From Tubiluchus corallicola (lineage: Eukaryota; Animalia; Priapulida), in contig JAQGDQ010000013.1 in the NCBI GenBank assembly GCA_030141605.1, forward strand, positions 1,006,447 to 1,070,446: 64,000 bases of DNA, written 5' to 3'. This document shows, piece by piece, positions 1 through 13,600 of the stretch. The position numbers were made by a program, and so were the translations under genes. The first letter of the stretch is position 1. Each line of letters begins with the position of its first letter. The notes beneath the pieces are model-generated. The model saw only the letters and a list, made by a program, of their open reading frames with translations. It had not been told where the DNA came from and did no database searches.

Positions 1-3000
1 AAAGCAAACTGTGATACGTGAAAAGACCGCTGACGATGAACTTCTACAGACATTATGCATCTTTACTGCAAGCGAGCAGTTGTCAGTGCAAAAAACATCA
101 ACACCAACCAAAGAAACAATAAAATTACAGGTTGAGGATAATTTTGTGGATCAGAAGTCGTTAGCAGGTGATTCGCCTAGCCACTTAGCAACTCGGAAAA
201 AGCTTGGACACATCCGTTCCATGTCTGACGCTGATTTGCCTTTCTCCCCTATGGTAGAAATCTCTATGCAAGATACACTTACAGACAGGCATCATTCTTA
301 CTCGTATGACAGCAGCGCTTATTATTTTCCTCGTCCAGCTCAAGGACAGTCGCTGAAGAGTTACCTGGCTTCTCAAGATTTCCACACTTGTTCGAACTTG
401 GAAAAAGAAAATGCACATTTCAGCATTTGCGAAGCGTTGGTAGCCGCTATAGAACATATGAAGTGCAAAGCTGTGCTGGAGAAACATGGACGAGAGTACG
501 AAGTTGCTGACGATTCAGATGAAGAAATACAGGAACTAAAGCAGAAAATTCGCATTAGACGAAGACAGAAATTTAAAGAGAGGGCTTTCGGTTTTCCTAC
601 AACCCTGCTTAGTGATGGACAAACAGATAGTGAGTAAACAACTTAGTGAGCAAGTTATGAAATTTGTTTATGACAAAAGTGTCAAATCGTTTGGTACATC
701 TTTAACCATAAATAGGTTTCAATGCTTTTATGGAACCTAAAAAATGTAGGTGCTCCAATTCCACTAAGTTGGATGCAACTCTGGAATAAATAACTCGTCC
801 ACATTTAAGTTATTTTGTAAATTCTTAGTTCTGGTTATTTGTCTTTTTACACAGTTTCTTACACCTGTAAGCCAAGCTGCACTGGCAGTGCCTTCATCAC
901 TTTTGAATGTTGTGGCAGGGTCGGTACCTAGTTTGCCACCAGATACTAGTTGTCTATTAGAAACATGACATGCTGATGTTTATACATATTTTTTTAATCA
1001 CAAAAATAGCCAAACTGTGTAGCAGATATAATCCACTCGGTATAAGTCTTCTACTGGTGGCCACTCATCCAGTTACTGATCAAGCATTGATTAACTTTCG
1101 TAGCTAAGTACAACACTGTGGCATAACTATTTGTTTGCCGTCGTCGCAAATTAATGAAACTGTATATCGGGAGTAAGTCAGGGTGCAAACAACATATGTG
1201 TGCTTGCATAGCGACAGCTACAGCGACAGTAGTAGGCAATTCAGCTTTTTTAGTTATTCAAATATCCTGATTCTCCATTTCATGAGGATCATTTTGATAT
1301 CAAGCTCATTGCTCCATGTTATTTTTAAGATAAGATAATCCATGTTGAAGTTGAGGTGCAGGCTACACACTGAAAAACATAATCTTGAGAAAATCGCTGT
1401 GAAAATTAGCCAGTGTTTTTTGTCGCAGTTCTACTAAACACTTAGCAACTGTACGAAAGTGTGGTTGCTATGGATTTTGCAAAAACACTTTGAAGTTAGT
1501 TTAAAACCAGTGGTTGGCTCTTCCTGATGAAGATCTGGTTTTGACAGCAGAAAAAAGCCGAAGCAAAATGACTGGTTCCACGTGCTGATATCGGAGTTTG
1601 AAAATACATGTTTTTTACAATTGCACTACTAGTTTCTAGCCAGAAAATGGGGTTAAAAAATAGATTTTTAGTATTTTTTGAACATGTTCTTGATAATTTG
1701 ATACTAGAATATAAAAGTCCAATAGGTTTAGCATTCATTTTTATAAAAAAAAACAAGAAATTGACATTTGACCCAGTTTTTGGAGCATTCTACTTTGAAG
1801 CACCGTAACGTAGCTTTAACTATGCTGACTTGTGGATGGTTTCGGTTTGCAAGCACACATTTGTTAATTTTTGTTTATGATATTTCAGCTCCACCAACAA
1901 CCTCATCGCCTGCAGAGACCAGCAACTCTGCTACTGTGAGCTTTTCTTCTGCTTCCGAATCGTTTTCACCATCGTCCTCTAGCGACAGTGTCGAGGAGAT
2001 GTTTCTAGATGAGAATGGGGAACAGCAACAGTCAAATTTATCTCGTTTACAGCAGTCTGGCTTGTCTTTGTCAATGGCATCAATGTATTCAGGTAATTCG
2101 AAGGTTTGATATAGTCACAATTGTGAATTATGGAATTTTGGAGTGGTAAAGCTATATTGCAAATCTAAGCCAATAATTTTATATCACCTGTTATTATTTG
2201 TTGTCATTCAAGTGTCAGAAGAGACATACATTTCTTTCTATTTATAAACAAATTTGCTAAATACGTAATAAGCAACAAATTGCTTGCTACGTCCTGCTGT
2301 GATCTTATTCAAGTATTTTTTCGTATGTTGTGATTTATTTAAAGTATGAAATAAGTTTTACTAAATTACTAAAATTACGTAGTAGTTATAAAACTATGTT
2401 TTTTCACTATGCTCAATAGCAGATTTAGCAGCATTTCCCTAAATTTTCTTTATATCAGTCAACATTTTTACTGTTTTATAAATCTCTCATCAATTAAATT
2501 TGTCGTGTTTCAGTCCCGGAATGCCCTTTCTGCTTGAATTTTAGAACATAAAAACATTAAAATTTAAATTCAGTATATTAAATATTTCATCCCATATCTG
2601 TTGTCATTGATTAGTAATTAATGTAACATTAGTGCATTAGACTGTGTGTGTGCGTGTGTGTGTGTGTGCGTGCACGTGCGTGCATGTATGTGTTTTTTTA
2701 TTATAATAATGAAAGAATTTTGGGCTGGGTTATTTTAAATAACATTAGTACATTAGTTTGTGTACCACGTGTGTGTGCGCGTGCGTGTGCATGCATGTGT
2801 GTTTGTCTGTTTTTGTTTATGGCAATGAAACGAGTTTCGGGGCAGTGTTATTATAACTTGTCTCTATCTACTGTGAGGTGTATCTTCATTTTACTTTCGA
2901 TGAGTGGTGATGTTTGTCATATTATGAATGTAAAATAGATTTGCTTTATACGCAATTGCACAATTGTGTTTGGAAAAATGCTGACTTGCTTTTATATACC

Positions 3001-4678
3001 ATTGCACAATTGTGTTTCCAAAGGCTGACTTGCTTTTATATACCATTGCACAGTTGTGTTTCCATATGCCGACTTGCTTTTATATACCATTGCACAATTG
3101 TGTTTCCAAATGCCGACTTGCTTTTATATACCATTGCACAATTGTGTTTCCAAATGCCGACTTGCTTTTATATACCATTGCACAATTGTGTTTCCAAATG
3201 CCGACTTGCTTTTATATACCATTGCACAATTGTGTTTTCACATGCCGACTTGCTTTTATATACGATTGCACAATTGGGTTTCCAAATGCCGACTTGCTTT
3301 TATATACCATTGCACAATTGGGTTTCCAAATGCCGACTTGCTTTTATATACCATTGCACAATTGTGTTTCCATATGCCGACTTGCTTTTATATACCATTG
3401 CACAATTGTGTTTCCAAATGCCGACTTGCTTTTATATACCATTGCACAATTGTGTTTTCAAATGCAGACTTGCTTTTATATACCATTGCACAATTGTGTT
3501 TCCAGATGCTGACTTGCTTTTATATACCATTGCAAAATTGTGTTTCCAAATGCCGACTTGTTTTTATATACCATTGCACAATTGTGTTTCCAGATGCCGA
3601 CTTACAGAAACAATCAGCTTTTGTTGGCGCTGCTAGTGTTGAGAAACTGAACGCGACAGGCTCACAGGAGTCCTCTAGTCTCTCTGCTGACACAGTTGCC
3701 ATTAATCTGTTAAGAAGATTCGAAGACAGAAAACTTCCTAAAGCGTCCGAATTGGAGTGGCTCGTTTCCGAACAGGATGCCCCGCAGGCGCTTCTGCCGT
3801 TACCACTTTCCTGGCCTGTTTCGCCCGATGAAAGCGAACAGATGGACTTCAGTAAGAGGGTGCGAATAAGAGGTAATTTGGAGTGGGCCCCACCCAGAGC
3901 GCAGGTAATTTTCAGTATTCATCCTACGCAGAAACGTAAGGTAGTCATGGCCAAACAAAACTATCGGTGCGCAGGATGCGGAGCCAAAATTGAAGCTAGT
4001 GACATCAAGCGATACAGGTACTGCAATTATTTCGGCAAATATTTTTGTCCGTGTTGTCATAGCAACCATCAATCTTTTATGCCCGGGCGCATTCTTCAAA
4101 AGTGGGATTTTTCCAAATTTGGTATTTCACATTTTGCTCTTGACCTGCTGAAGAACATATCACGTAATCCTTTGTTCAATATGCAAGACATTAACCCTGC
4201 TCTTTACCGTAAGGTTGGTGCTTTGAGCAAAACGTTGGAACTTCGACAAAAAATGCCTCATTTCAACAACTATATCAAGACTTGCAGGCACGCTGGTAGT
4301 GTAAACGAAGAGTTTTCAAAACGTCCACCACATCTCCTCGACGAGATTCACGTGTATTCACTGGACGATCTGATCGAAGTGAAAAATGGAGCTCTCATAT
4401 CCGACCTGAAATCACTAGCAAAGTTAGCACAGAATCATATTTACAGTTGTGAACTCTGTAAAGCGAAAGCGTTTATCTGTGAGATTTGTCAGAACAGTGA
4501 CGATTTCCTGTTTCCGTTTGAACTAAAGAGGGTCGTGCAGTGCAAAATGTGCAGATCCATATTTCATAAGGCTTGCTTTGTGCCGGGCGAATGCCGAAAA
4601 TGTGCACGGTTGAAAGCTAGACAGATGCTGCAAGAAGAGTTGGAATTTACATCAAGTTCTTCAGACGAGAAACCTTGA
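1..4678 (+). CDS. RUBCN: Rubicon (RUN and cysteine-rich domain Beclin-1-interacting protein), 3' part; exons <1-629, 1889-2092, 3594-4678
   Basis: Recognisable motifs: '[23 protein letters not shown]', '[17 protein letters not shown]', '[24 protein letters not shown]', '[17 protein letters not shown]', and the C-terminal Cys-rich Rubicon-homology domain ([37 protein letters not shown]). GT donors at 630 and 2093 and AG acceptors at 1887-88 and 3592-93 all join in phase 1 (..TDT|PPT.., ..SMYSD|ADLQK). The 5' exons lie outside the window. Confidence 0.93.
2934..3603 (+). repeat. 44-bp tandem minisatellite (~15 copies) overlapping the acceptor of the last Rubicon exon
   Basis: Unit atgccgacttgcttttatataccattgcacaattgtgtttccaa, with internal palindrome cacaattgtg. 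It explains the repetitive ORFs at 2914, 3012 and the first ~180 aa of the 3056 ORF. Confidence 0.95.
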
Positions 4679-4711
4679 TAAAAATGTTCAAACAAAGCAT
4701 CTTAGTGCTAA

Positions 4712-5203
4712 GGGGCCATTCACATTTAATGATTTCGAGGACTGCTTGCCCACCTTGCGCTATAATGGCGTTATTATATGCCCCACCGCCTGCTTGTCCT
4801 GTATGTTGATGTCGATATCACAGTGATGCAGCTTTTTGTGCATTTTATTTGTTGTCCTCCCAAGGACAGGCAATAACATCACTTGTGTTAATTAACGGGA
4901 AACCATCAGTGGATGGCAGACCCAATTCACTGAACTCATTGTCATTGATCCATTCAGCAGATTCTTCCTCTTCACAGCTGACTACAATGAACCATTGCTT
5001 GTTCCGCATCGCTGCAAGATGTACCAGATGAGTTGGTTGTTGGTTTAATTGCACCGCCATCAGTGGTGCAATCTGCTGCTTTTCACTCAACGTTAAACGA
5101 TGTCGTGACTAAATCACCTGCCTACCTTGCATTATAATGGCACTATCACATCTCCTGCCACCTGCCTACCCTAAACTTGATATCGTTACATGTGGATGCC
5201 CCC
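4712..5203. mobile_element. PIF/Harbinger (Tourist-like) MITE just 3' of the Rubicon stop codon
   Basis: Imperfect 22-bp TIRs (ggggccattcacatttaatgat versus reverse complement gggggcatccacatgtaacgat), flanked by TAA on both sides (4709-11, 5204-06). Confidence 0.75.
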
Positions 5204-5863
5204 TAAGGTACTCATGGATAAGAAAAATGAACAAAATGTCTTGTCTGTGTATTGGTAAGTTACATGCAGTTTGTGATAGTATTGATTTTTGACTTGCAGT
5301 TCATCTTTAGACATGACTACACTTATTAATGCTTCTGATTACCCTGTTTTGTCAGCGTATGCAGCTTAGTGTATTGTTTGTAAGCAAAACCCTTTATCTC
5401 TCATTTACAGTTTCAAGTGAAATGATTAGTAAGAGGAGAAGGTACTGAAAAATTGTGCATCATCCAGGTGTGTGTGGAGCAACATGTGCACACCATGGTA
5501 AATGTTTAGCACTGTGGTATGGTGAAATGTTTATTATTGATGTTTACCTTTTGTATGCCATTTATAACTCAAATTTAAAAGTAATTATTTGAGTCAAACG
5601 TCACTAATACTAATACTCCAACCCTGTTCACACTGAATGCCACTCGGTTTGTTTGGCGGAAGGCGATTTAAAATGTTTGGAGACATTGTAAACTTCACGA
5701 AACCTTTTTTTTGTAAAAATAGTACTAGGTTAGTAATCAAATTTAAATATTGTCAAAAGTGAAATTATAAGACAACTTGGCTTTTGTACTTGTAATTCGT
5801 TGATAAAGTGGTCGTTATAGTACCTTGTAGTTCATATAATAGCTTTATATCTAATAATAGTAG

Positions 5864-5900
5864 TATAATAATAATAGTAATAATAGTGATAATGATGATG

Positions 5901-5935
<35 letters not shown>
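5864..5935. repeat. (TAA)n microsatellite
   Basis: Seen directly. Confidence 0.9.
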
Positions 5936-6628
5936 TCCATATTTATAGTGCTAAAATGCAATAAATAATAGACTATAGTACTTATAAAGTCCACAGTTTA
6001 TGACATTTAAATACGTACTTAAACACATATATTAGTCAATAAAATTAATTTGTTGTACTGGAATATATTTTGACACAATAACAACAATTATTAGCTCCTG
6101 TAGCCCTAAGATCAAGAAAAAATGGTGGGAATGACCAAAAGTTGCTCTTAAACGAGAGACTTTAAGTCTTAAATGACTCAAAGAGATTGCAAAAGCGTCT
6201 TGAAAAAACCTTTTTATGCAAAGGCCTAGTTTTGTAATGCCTTTAAGTGAAGTAGCGAAATAGATTATTTTATAAATGCTGTGAATAAAATTGTGAATAA
6301 AACTGTAGTCAGTGACTTTCTCGTCGAAAGTAAAATTATATTCCTTAATCAATGCAATTACGTGATATAAATGTATTATTAATATATTGTAATATCCTTA
6401 AACGTTTTGTTACAATTTCTGTATGCATTGTAATATAAATAGAATTTATATGATATTATATTATAAGGATGATAAATTTATTATAGCTTTAGGTTTCTTT
6501 AATAAAAAAAACTATAAGCAAAGTACAAAATGTGTGAGCACTTATATTTATGTAAACCTTAAATGAAGTTAAGCAATTGTGATGTTGGTGTTACTTTTTT
6601 AGATCTGAAACGAAGTAAAACTTGGTTA

Positions 6629-6794
6629 TGTTACTGTTGCTGCTGTTGTTGTTGCTATTGTTGCTGTTGCTGCTGCTGTTGTTGCTGTTGCTGCAGCTGC
6701 TGTTGTTGCTATTGTTGCTGCTGCTGCTGTTGTTGTTGCTGCTGTTGTTGCTGTTGCTGCAGCTGCTGTTGTTGCTGCTGTTGCTGTTGTTGTT
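6629..6794. repeat. (TGC/TGT)n trinucleotide microsatellite
   Basis: Seen directly; source of the spurious poly-C, poly-L and poly-T/A ORFs. Confidence 0.92.
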
Positions 6795-7624
6795 CTTCTT
6801 TGGAAGCTAATCACAGGACACAGTTTTCGTCGCAGAAAGTTGAAATTTTGCACGAAGATTTTACGGGAGATTGTGCAAACATTAATAGGACCCGATTTTT
6901 TCCGGCTTTTCACTTTCCCAGTATCATAGCCATGAAATGGATGTTCCATATACGTTGTTGTCGTTTGTTTCATTCTAATATTTGAGTGGATCTGCTTCAA
7001 CAATGCGTATTCTAAATTTTTCAATAGGAAACAAACGGACAGCACCCAAACGCTTCTCATATTTTCTTCTAGAAAGCATTGCAAGACGTAAGCAAGTAGG
7101 GCGTGCTGGATCCAACCCCACTAGTGCCCTCGTTCCAGTTTATTGGCAAAATTAAATATTTGTACAGCTATAATAACACTGCGCAAAACCCAGTTTGTAT
7201 TAGTCGCAAAACTGTTTTAAAAGTTTTCGAATTCCGAATCTACACATTACAGATATACCCGAGTTTCTTTTTAATTACTTTAATGCAATTATTGTTAAAA
7301 GTTCGATTGAAATTCATCATTGAATTAAGTTGAACCACTTTAGCCACAAGAGTCCATGCTACAATACAGATTTTAATAAGTTTCAACATGGGACGTCTGA
7401 TTTGCCTGACAAAACAATATAAATTGACTCAATTGATTAAGCAGACGTCATAAATCTGTAATTCTTTTCTGCCTGATGAAATTTCGTTATCCTCTTAGTA
7501 GACAGCAACCATTTCTTGTTCAATGATATTGTTGAGTCTGATGTTACACGTAGTATGCGTCAGGTTTAAAATTCTGTGCTGTTTTGCCCACCAGTGAAGC
7601 GGTGAAGCCTGAAGACAATCTTTG

Positions 7625-10600
7625 TTAGTCTAGGCAGTCAAATGATAAATCCACAGCATTTGGAGCTGAAAATGAAAACAAAGTAATTAAATATTGTCTT
7701 TGATATATGACGAATTGCTCATATTAGACTTTTTACTGTCCCTGTACTTCTTCCTTACTGGGAAGAATCATCAAAAACAATAGAGCATGTCAGATAGTGC
7801 AAACGCATTGTTTTTTGTGAGTAACTCTGGCATCAGGTTATCTGTCACAGTGATATGGTGTAACACACCTTTGTATTTTCTGAGCACATAAATTTTATTT
7901 TTAATCAACAAAAACATTCAATCTGATTCACTGCTGCTGCAAGTGTGGAATCATTCGTGTTAACTGGATGTCTATTTTTAAAAATATTACAATGAATAAT
8001 GTAACACAGAAGCAGTGATATTGCTCATTTTTAAATGAATAATCTTGACTGACAGTGTGTGTGATTTGTTCATTCTGAGTGCTTAAGTTGATAAGAAAGC
8101 CAGTCGACTCGCTCAGTGCTGTGTGACTTCTGCGTTTAGTCACATTTTCAAAGACGACCTTATAGTGAACTTTGACCTTAGACATGACCTCGAATCGTTC
8201 ACATAATCCTGATATTTGTTGGCGAATTTCGGTTAGATCTCTTGTTTAAGAGGCGCGAAATTTCATCTCCTGCGAATGACATTGACGTGGCGGTCACTTA
8301 AGGTCACGTTATAACAAATTTACGTCCATTCTCAAGTGTCGCAAAAAATGCTAAAATTTTTACAAATTGTTCATAGTATGTGATTTAGCGATATATCAAC
8401 TTTGTCCATTTGTTATCTCAAAAATTTTGAAATGCTGTTGACTTTAAATCGTGGGGCGGTGATTTATGATATAACTTATGAAATCTGGGATTTGCGAATA
8501 AACGCTGAGGCATTTAGAAAAGAAACGAATTGCTTTGCATTTGCAATGGTTAGGAATTTCAAAATACCAACTTGTTGCACAACTGCTCTCTGGAAGAAGT
8601 TGCCAAGCCGTACACACGTTGCAAGTTCACTCTCAGAGAGAAGTTGCGAGAGAAGTCTACGTCTGAAAGAGACACTTTTTGATATTCATCACCCTGACAC
8701 CTTGGTACCGTTGTACCCCCCCCCTCCCCAACTTTCCGCGATGTGCGGTGTACCACTTACCGTGCTTCCGTGGTGCCTCATCACAAAGCTTTTTATAAAC
8801 CCCGCTTTCTTTCACTTGTTTCAGTGCTGGATTCCACCAAGTTGGCACTGGGCTGTCTTTTCTTACCATCATAGATAATCCTCGTATCATACAGCTCCAT
8901 TTCTTACCAATCCACTCATATCGGGTTAGGTCCACTGTTGCGTCAACCGAGTGAAAGGCTGCATCGATCTGTAACCAACAGAAGAAACTGACAAATCTTC
9001 TTAGCGTTATCGTGAATGACATCCGTAATATATGCAGAGTGTGCGATGATGGTTGTTGCAAAACCAGACGATGACAAAGATGACAGCAACGATCACGAAT
9101 GATGGTAGTGATGATTTCGAATCGAAGGGAATTATTATAGTGGTGGTGGTGGTGGGTGGTTGTGAGGTGATGGTGGTGGTGGTGGTTGTGTGTAGTTGCG
9201 GTGGTGATGGTGTGGATGGTGGTGGGGGTACTGGTGAGGGTGGGGTTGTGGTTGTTGTTGTGGTGGTGGTGGTGGTAGTGGTGCTGGTGGTGGTGGTGTT
9301 GTTGGTGTGTTGGTGGTGGAATGTCGGGTTAACAGTTTGTGATTTTACTGTTGTTGTTACTTTTGGCGGTGGTGGTACTGGTGCTGGTGGTTTTAGTGAC
9401 AATCATATTACGAAGTTGATGTTGTTGTTGTTTGTTTGTTGTTGTTGTTATTACTATTGTTGTTGTTGTTGACGACGACGACGACGATGATGATGATGAA
9501 GAGATGATGATGATGAATATGATGATGATAATGAGTAGTGAAAAAAATGACGAGCATTTCGGTGATTATGACGATGTAGGTGAAAATGACGATGATGGCG
9601 ATGATGGCTAGTACCAAATCACAATCGTAATGACGCAGAGTATTGTTAATGATGCCGATAACAATGATCATGATTATGATTAATGAAAATTCCTGCAATC
9701 AATATTTCAGAAACGAATTTCTTTAATTGTACCTGTACTTGTTAATTGTTATTAACAATTAAATTTGCGTTATTACGATTATGAAAAATGACGATGACAC
9801 TTTGAGTGCGCGCATACATGTACCTCTCTCTTATCCAAGGCAGCAAACATGTCCGGTTGGTCTTTATAATGTTTAATTTGCTCCAGTGATAACTGATTAT
9901 TTCGAATGTCAGTCTGACTTCTGATACACTTTTCATCATTCACCCAACCATCAAGAAATCCTGCAAGTAAATAAGACAAGAAGATATTGTTACGGAGGCA
10001 CCTGTGTCGGGTCAGGTGTAGGGCCCTCTACACGCCCTGCTTCCAGCAGCGACTCACCCCTTTTTTGTAGGTCCAGACGTCTTGTTTGGGCCTACACGTG
10101 GTGTGAGAAGCCAGCTGACCCGGAATGCCAGTATAAAAGCGTGTAGAGGTCACTACGGCCTTGATTTCTGACACAGGTGCTCCTCGGGTGTAGTGCTGTT
10201 ACTGAGTTAGTTAGTTATTTTTTTGTGCACGTGTATTTTGTTCCCTATTTTTATTAGTGCTGATAATAAACTCCGTACAGTGTAGTTTTTGTATATTTTA
10301 TTTTATGAGAGTTAAATGACATGCTATAACAGGTATATGGTACTAGTTTACAGACATTAACTTAGTTAACTGGCATAACATTTGTAATTAAAATTAACAT
10401 TTGTAGTTAAGTAATCAGTTACACAGCGATAGTAAAATGGATCTTCATGATGCGCATTATCAAGACCGCCATGCCATATTGGAGTTCGACCCCCCCCCCC
10501 CCCCCGAGTCGAATTCAGTCCAATATTATACGAAAAGTTCCCCATCCGTCAAAACTGTTAATGTTGACTTATATGCTCTGTTTTATAGGTGAGATGTTTC

Positions 10601-13600
10601 ATTGCGTTTTTGTTTCATTTTACCTATAAAAACAATGCAATTCAAACAACACAAATTAGATTTAATTTAAAACTCATCAATGTGCTTGCTATGTCTTATC
10701 AAACGCCAATTTTCAATTTTATGTCGGTTCAATGAGTTACCAATGTAATAATTCACCGTTGTATCAATTATCAATGTATCAAAGACGATTATATACATAC
10801 TTACCGATTTTCTTGCCTCGAAGATCGCTTGGATCAAATCTTCCAGGATTTAAACGCACCACAATGAAATTAGCTAGAATTGGCTTCATAAAGGGGTCGG
10901 TGAATGCGATAGTGTTTAGTCTTTCTGGGGCGACGTACCACCCACTACAAGCGTCAACCCATCTTGCCATTAACGCTGTCGAGAAATTAGATGCGAAAAC
11001 ATTAACATTCTCCATTTACTAAATTTGTAATAAACAGCAAGTATTGTATGTTAAGGTTATTTCAAGCTTTCTTGGTTTACGATCATGTCAATTCGTTTTT
11101 ATGCAGGGATTAAGAACTATTAAAAAGTCTATTGTGGCCGCCATGATGAGCAAAAGCTTACATTGCCACGTGGTCAAATCTGTTGCTTTATCGGCCGCCA
11201 TGATGAGCCAAAGCTTACATTGCCACGTGGTCAAATCTGTTGCTTCTACGGTCCTACCTTGAAAGCGAGAATAGAATAAACAAAAAATGGTTGCGCTTTA
11301 CGGTTGACCAAATCATTGATGTTGAAGTCGACATCACTTAACCTTCCTCCACCTAGCGATGGGTGACAGTCAAATAAACAGTTTCAGTTATCTGCCGTAC
11401 TGTTACTAGTGCTAACTTTATCAAGCGAGGGACGAGACATCTCTGTCGATTTTTACTTCACTTCAGGAGAATGCGTTTAATTAGATCGGTTATAGCACTG
11501 CTACAACTAGGGTACAGCACTGCCACCACTAGGTTACGGTACGGCCACATTTAGATTACGGTACGGCCATAAACATTCATCATTACTAACTAACAGGCCT
11601 GCTGTTGAGTGCTGGATGTCGACTTCTGACGAACTCTGTAAAAGCATATAGGCACCTATGGTGCTGCCACAACTAAGTTACAGCACTGCCACAACTAGGT
11701 TACGGTAGGGCCACACTTAGATTACGGTACTGCCACAAAAACTCGTAGTTACTAACTAACTTTATGCTGCATGACTTTCTGCGTTTAGGCACATTTTCAA
11801 ACACGACCTTATAGTGAGCTTTGACGTTAGACATGACCTTAATGGGCTTACTGCTGAGATGCCCTGGATGTCGCCATCTGCCGGACTCTGTAGGAACATT
11901 TAGGCATCTACGGTGGTAAGAAACTTTAATGTGAGGAAAGCCTGCATTACATGTGAATGACGTCTTTAATGAGTATGAATTAAGTTTTACCTGGTCCAGG
12001 TACAGGATGTTTCCCCGGGACTGTATCCCAGCAGATTTTGTATTCGTGGTAGACTGTGTGACACTCCATGCCGGCAACTTCACAAACTGCGAATTAAAAA
12101 CATGATAATGGCGATTAATGTTCCTCCGTCCATGTTACTGCTTGCCAACTGTTAGGCGGAATAAGAATTTATTTTTAACTGGTCACTTCCGGAACAAATA
12201 TTCAAATCAATAGTTCGCGATAATCTCTAAAGCTAGGGTTTCACGGAGTTCGCGATATCGTGATTCACTAACAAAAAGGTGATAAAGAAGTGAGGTGGCT
12301 ATGTCTATTATTATTATTGTCGAAGAATACACGTTAAAGTTTTTTTTTCGTTAATTCAAATTTTTTGAAAAGTCCAGCCTTCTGGATAGTTCGGCCTATT
12401 TCAATGTTTGAGAAAAATGTTAGAATGGTTTGGTAATAAAGTGTGAAAAGGGCTTCGTGTGATTAGTGAAATCACTTTGAAGTCGCGATCATTTCACGCT
12501 TGGGCGCTTCATTTTGAATGCTCATTCTTCTACGAATGACGTCATTCATTGGCTGAAGAAAAGTAGTGCACTGTTAATCTCCGCCAAAAATATAATAATA
12601 TTTACAAGAAATTAGATAACAGAGAAATAATAATATTTATAACAAATAGCTAATTTTGTGATATTTTTGCATGAACATTAGGTGAGTTGCAAAAGTTTGA
12701 ATTAATTTAAGAGCTGGTGGTTACGGAAAGCCACGATGCGCTTACGAAAAGCCACGAAGTCCACCACTACGTCATAGTTTTCAAGCGAAATAAGTGCGCC
12801 TGATGATTTCTATTCAGTAATAGTATAAATTAACTTTATTATATGATGCTTAAATATGATGCTTTATTCTCTTTAGAAACTTTCTGTGAATGTCTTTGTT
12901 ATATTTTTCTAAGTTTAAGTAGTAACACCAACATACTAAATAACGTATCCTTTCCTTAAAGCTACTGAATCAAGTTCAGTAAAGTACGTCTTACTCGTAC
13001 CGTGCGCTGCTAACATTCATAGTTGCGTCCGTAGGCCCTACTGGAACATCATTTTCTTGTACACTTAATAACTACTGTGTTTAATATCAAATTAGAAATT
13101 ACGAACAATACGTAAATTAAAGAAAACACTGCGTTATATAGCAAGCAGTCATTTGCAATTACAATGCTTTATTAATTTTCTGGGCTTAATTGGACCATAC
13201 ACAGTTAAGTATTTAAACTTAATGAAGCATCAGTTCAGTTTGAATGACGAATGACAAGTTCATTTCACTTTGTCAGCGTACAAACCTTCCCGTATGAGAT
13301 CAATATTGAAGCCATCAGTACGACCTTGTGCATTCCTGGAATAATATATAAATTAATCAGTTAAAGCCATGTAATGAAATTACACGTGCTTTACAAGTTC
13401 TACGTTGAATGTTTAAAATTAATTAAAATGATTGCAATTATGGAAAGGGGCGCGATTATTTTTAAAAGCATTTTAACCATTTCAAAGTAATAATGGAATT
13501 CTCTATCTCTGGAATTCTCTACCATTACAGGTTAAACAAATCAAGTCCCTATCAGCATTGAAAACAAAATTAAAATCACTAATATTAACCAGATATGAAA

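Noticed and set aside
2914-3636. Cys-rich repetitive ORFs in three frames; CRISPR-like look of the array
   Set aside because: Translations of a 44-bp head-to-tail intronic minisatellite; no unique spacers, no cas genes, eukaryotic context.
6563-7084. Poly-Cys, poly-Leu and poly-Thr ORFs
   Set aside because: Trinucleotide microsatellite.
9007-9698. Mucin-like and poly-Val ORFs
   Set aside because: Compound microsatellite in an intron of the SBP gene; including it breaks the domain.
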